Assembly (NCBI RefSeq): GCF_001194135.2
Contig: NC_068983.1
Span: 89,742,098-89,792,199 of the forward strand
Direction of reading: 5' to 3'
From: Octopus bimaculoides
Lineage: Eukaryota
Length of the DNA stretch: 50,102 nt
Under the pieces are notes generated by a model. That model was given only the letters and a program-made list of their open reading frames with translations. It ran no database searches and was not told the DNA's origin. Positions 46,298-50,102 of this stretch are shown piece after piece. Positions within the stretch are counted from its first letter, which is position 1. The number at the start of each line of letters is the position of its first letter. Position numbers and translations under genes: made by a program.

Positions 46298-48647
46298 CAC
46301 TGGTCAACAAGTATTTTTCATCAAGCATATGTCAAGGTGTACATAGTATAGTTTTTAATGCTGATTTCAAATATACAATTAGTTTTTTAATATCACATAC
46401 AGTTTTCAAGATGCAAAAGTCTTGGTTTTTAGCTCTTGTATTATATAGAAATTCTAATTAACGACATGTATGCATGTATTTCATTTAAATCATGGAAACA
46501 TACCTTTAAAATAAACTACATTATTCATTGCTGCATAATTCAGATGTAATATTTCATCATCTTAAATTAACCAATCAAGTTTTATCTGATGAAATAGGTA
46601 TTTCAACATCTGAAATTTTCCAGTCGTAATTGGTCTGATGAAATAGTTCATCATCTCAAATTCAATATAAGTATAACCATTTGTATCTATTTTCTTACTT
46701 GTCTTACAGTGTTAACAATGTCAAGACAGTGTAGAAATTGTCCTGATGTGTTTTGTTATGTCTGTGGACAATTTATTGTGAAAGCTCTAAAATGTACAAT
46801 AACACCAGAGATCAAGAAGACTTATAAGCTATACTTTGACTGTCCTCTTGGAGACCAGGACAAGTTATGGGCACCACATTTTATCTGCTCAGCTTGTTCA
46901 AAAGGCTTACATAACTGGTACAATAATAATAAGAAGTCTGTGTCTTTTGCCATTCCAGTGATATGGAGGGAGCTGAAAGACCATTTTAATGACTGTTATT
47001 TTTGCAAAGTAAATGTCGCAAGATTTTCTATGAAGAATAAACACAAAATTGTGTATCCTAATTTGGATTCTGCAATGAGACCTGTGCCTCACAATGTAAG
47101 TCTGCCAATTCCAGTTCCACCAGATGATGGTATTGAAACATAAGATGATGATGCTAACTGTCATGTTAGTACTGCTGAGGCAGATTACATGGTTGATGAC
47201 GATAGCTATGAACCTCAGAAATTTTCCCAAGTTTAACTGAATTTTGAAATCAGCAAGATAAAGCAGAACTGTTGACATCAAGACTGAAGGAAAAGTATCT
47301 GCTAGAGCACGGTATTCGTATAACTTATTATCAGCAGAGAAATGTGGTTCTACATGTGTGTTTTTCTGTTAGAGGCCCACTTTGCTTTTGCAGTAACATT
47401 GATGGACTTTTCAAATGTTTATCACAAAATCATGATCCTGCAGTGTGGCGTTTGTTTACTGACCCTTCAAAACGAAGTTTAAAAGCTGTACTTCTCCATA
47501 ATGGTAATTTGAAGCCCTCCATTCCTATTGCACACTCCATTCATCTTCATGAATCATATGAAAATATGGAACTTTTACTTCATGCCATTGCCTATGAAAG
47601 ATACTCATAGAAAATATGTGAAGATTTAAAAGTCATTGGAATGTTAATGGGAATGTTGTCAGGTTTCACAAAATACTGTTGTTTCTTGTGACTATGGGAT
47701 AGTTGGGCAACTGACAGACATTATTCGGAATCAAACTGGCAGACAAGAACATCGTACTAGCCAAGACTGTCAAGAATACACCTCTTGTAGATCCACGTAA
47801 TGTCCTATTGCCTCCTTTGCACATAAAGCTTGGACTGATGAAACCATTTGTAACGATAATAGGGAAGAGAAATGCCTGAAGGTTTGAATATACTGTAAAA
47901 AAGTTTCCCAAAATCACGCAGGCGAAGTTGAAAAAAAGGTATCTTTGTTGGACCCCAAATTAGAGAAGTACTCAAAGATATCAACTTCAAGACAACACTA
48001 GATGAACTGGAACTGTCTGCCTGGAATGCTTTCAGTTGGCTCTATGAGAATTTATTGGGCAACAAGAAGGCAATGGACTTCAAGGATGGCATCAAGAATC
48101 TTCTGAAATGATACTCAGCAATGGATTGTCACATGTTACTGAAAGTTGACTTCTAGGACTCCCATCTGGATTTCTTCACAGATAACCTTGAAGCAATGTC
48201 TGATGAATATAGTGAAAGATTTCACCATGACATTAATGCTATAGAGAAACAGTGCCAAGGCGTCTGAAATAACAGTATGATGGCTGACTACTGCTGGACA
48301 ATTTACCGTGATCAACCAAAAATGGGAACACCGCAGGAAATCCAAATCACAATGTTTCTAATTCTGTTGTTCTAACTTTGTTTTGTCTGACCCATTTTTT
48401 GTGTATTCACTTTGTAGAATGATAATGATGATTTTTAACTCAATAAACTCATTTACTGTCTAAAAATAATGTCTTTATTAATGATTTCATATAAACAAAT
48501 ATGTAAATATTTGCATGTATCTACTGAAAAACTGATACGTGTTGCATATCAATAGAATAAAATTTTGAAATCAGCATGATAAATTGGTCTCAAAAAGTTG
48601 TTTTGCATTAATAATGAGTGTAATACATTTAATTTTGTTGACCAGTG
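46298..48647 (+). mobile_element. Full-length Chapaev3-type (CMC) DNA transposon, transposase inactivated
   Basis: TAA|CACTGGTCAACAA ... TTGTTGACCAGTG|TAA (3-bp TWA TSD, CAC termini). Remnant 46718 to about 48340: CPDVFCYVCG, YFDCPLGDQDKLWAPH, WRELKDHFNDCYFC, LKAVLLHNGN, LLPPLHIKLGLMK, MMADYCW. Confidence 0.9.
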
Positions 48648-49855
48648 TAATCTTGCACACAGCCAGAAAAAAACATACTTCTCCACAACTGTTTATTGCT
48701 TTTGTTTCTAAGTTTTACCATTTCTACCAGACAATTAACCTTGTAGTGGTTAGATGTGTATCATGGTAAACAGATGCAAAAGGAATTTGTATGCCTTTGA
48801 AGTAAACAAATGAATGAATGGATTCATAATTAAATATAATTTATTCACTGGACTTAATTTGTCGTTGGTACACATAATTCTTCACTACATGCAAAATGTT
48901 GACAACTGCTACGAGTTGCTAGAAATAGAAACAGGGTACATCTGTGGAAATGATATGTCACAATTGAATATATGTTTGTGTATGTGTGTGTGTCCATAGT
49001 TCATCTGAGACAGTAGTCTACCGTGGAACTTCGAACATTGCTCTGGTCTCTGTGAAAAGCTGGCGTGGCGTAGAGCTTCATCGTTTGCCTGCTGGGGCCT
49101 TCTTTTTTTCTTCTGTCTTGTTGACCACTGAATTTATGAGAATCATGACAGCTAGAAGGACGGACATACGGCAGCAGAGTTTGTACCTGGTTCATATTTA
49201 ATTTCATTTATTGAATTTGCTACATAATCTGGAAAAAACGTATTTACCAGTTTTATTATCAACTTCATTAGTTGTAGCATTTATTGTTATAACATTTGTT
49301 GTCGTTCTTATTGTTCTTTGCATTGTTGCTGTTGCTGTTTTTACAACTCAACTAAACCCTCTAACAAGTTTCCATAATTTCATGGAATTTTTGTAAAATA
49401 TATACAACAAAAATGTTTGTTACTCCTCTGTCAAGTTTTTAATTTCTCCATGTCGATAAATTTTCAACGTCATCTGCATGAATTGTTTATTTTCTCATGA
49501 AAATTTTTTTCAACATCTGCATGAATTGCTTGTATCCTCATGGCCACTGTTATAATGTGGATCCTCGTCCACTTGTATGTTGTCATCAGTACTGTAATAT
49601 TCTTGTCACCAATATTATGTTGTGGTAGTATTCCGCATCTTATTATCTTTGACTCATCTATTGTGCTATCATTGATATCTCCGCAGATAACGACTTTGAA
49701 ATGTCTACCTTGACAGTAACTCTAACTCATATATATCACGTAACTGACACTGACTCCAACAGAGAACTTGTACAACAACTGACTGTCTGACTTTATAGTG
49801 GCTGTCTCATTCATACCACTTTGTCACATGGGGTGGAATGTACCATTTTCAGTAC

Positions 49856-49899
49856 AATATAATAATAATAATAATAATAATAAAAATAATAATAATAAT

Positions 49900-49960
<61 letters not shown>
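49856..49960. repeat. (AAT)n microsatellite
   Basis: Read directly; two interruptions. Confidence 0.98.
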
Positions 49961-49964
<4 letters not shown>

Positions 49965-50102
49965 CAAAAGAGGGACTAGTGAAAACGAAAGCCATCCCCA
50001 TTAGAAGAGGAATATTCCAGGGAGACACGCTCTATTCACTCCTGTTCTGCCTGGCACTCACACTTTTTACTGAATTGCTAAATAGAACTGGATGCAGATA
50101 CA
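49961..50102 (+). mobile_element. 5'-truncated R4/Dong-like LINE (RT domain fragment) starting at the (AAT)n tract
   Basis: KTKEGLVKTKAIPIRRGIFQGDTLYSLLFCLALTLFTELLNRTGCRY (GIFQGD.LS.LLF RT motif). Runs off the window end. Confidence 0.85.

Overview
Eukaryotic, AT-rich, gap-containing (N-run) DNA made almost entirely of nested, decayed transposable elements. The SINE/LINE tails and microsatellites resemble octopus repeats; this taxon call is from recall only. There is no intact protein-coding gene, rRNA, true tRNA gene or CRISPR array. Recognisable contents: R4/Dong-type RLE LINE fragments at both window ends, each abutting (AAT)n; two Penelope-like element (PLE) loci; two mariners; many copies of an RTE LINE that carries a PHD finger after its YADD motif, plus a second RTE family; two convergent Helitrons; tRNA-derived SINEs; a Gypsy integrase plus LTR; a solo LTR; two Chapaev3-type transposons; and several TIR elements with clean target-site duplications (TSDs). 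Four structures stand out. (1) The PLE terminal repeat occurs three times at 25.8-28.5 kb, each time with a tRNA-like module followed by a minimal hammerhead ribozyme motif. (2) A 561-bp TIR element is built around a perfect 52-bp telomeric (CCCTAA)/(TTAGGG) palindrome. (3) A hAT element, delimited by TIRs and an 8-bp TSD, spans 9.7 kb of nested insertions. (4) Two weak candidate host exons lie on the minus strand near 10.3-10.8 kb. All family names come from reading motifs by eye, not from database searches.
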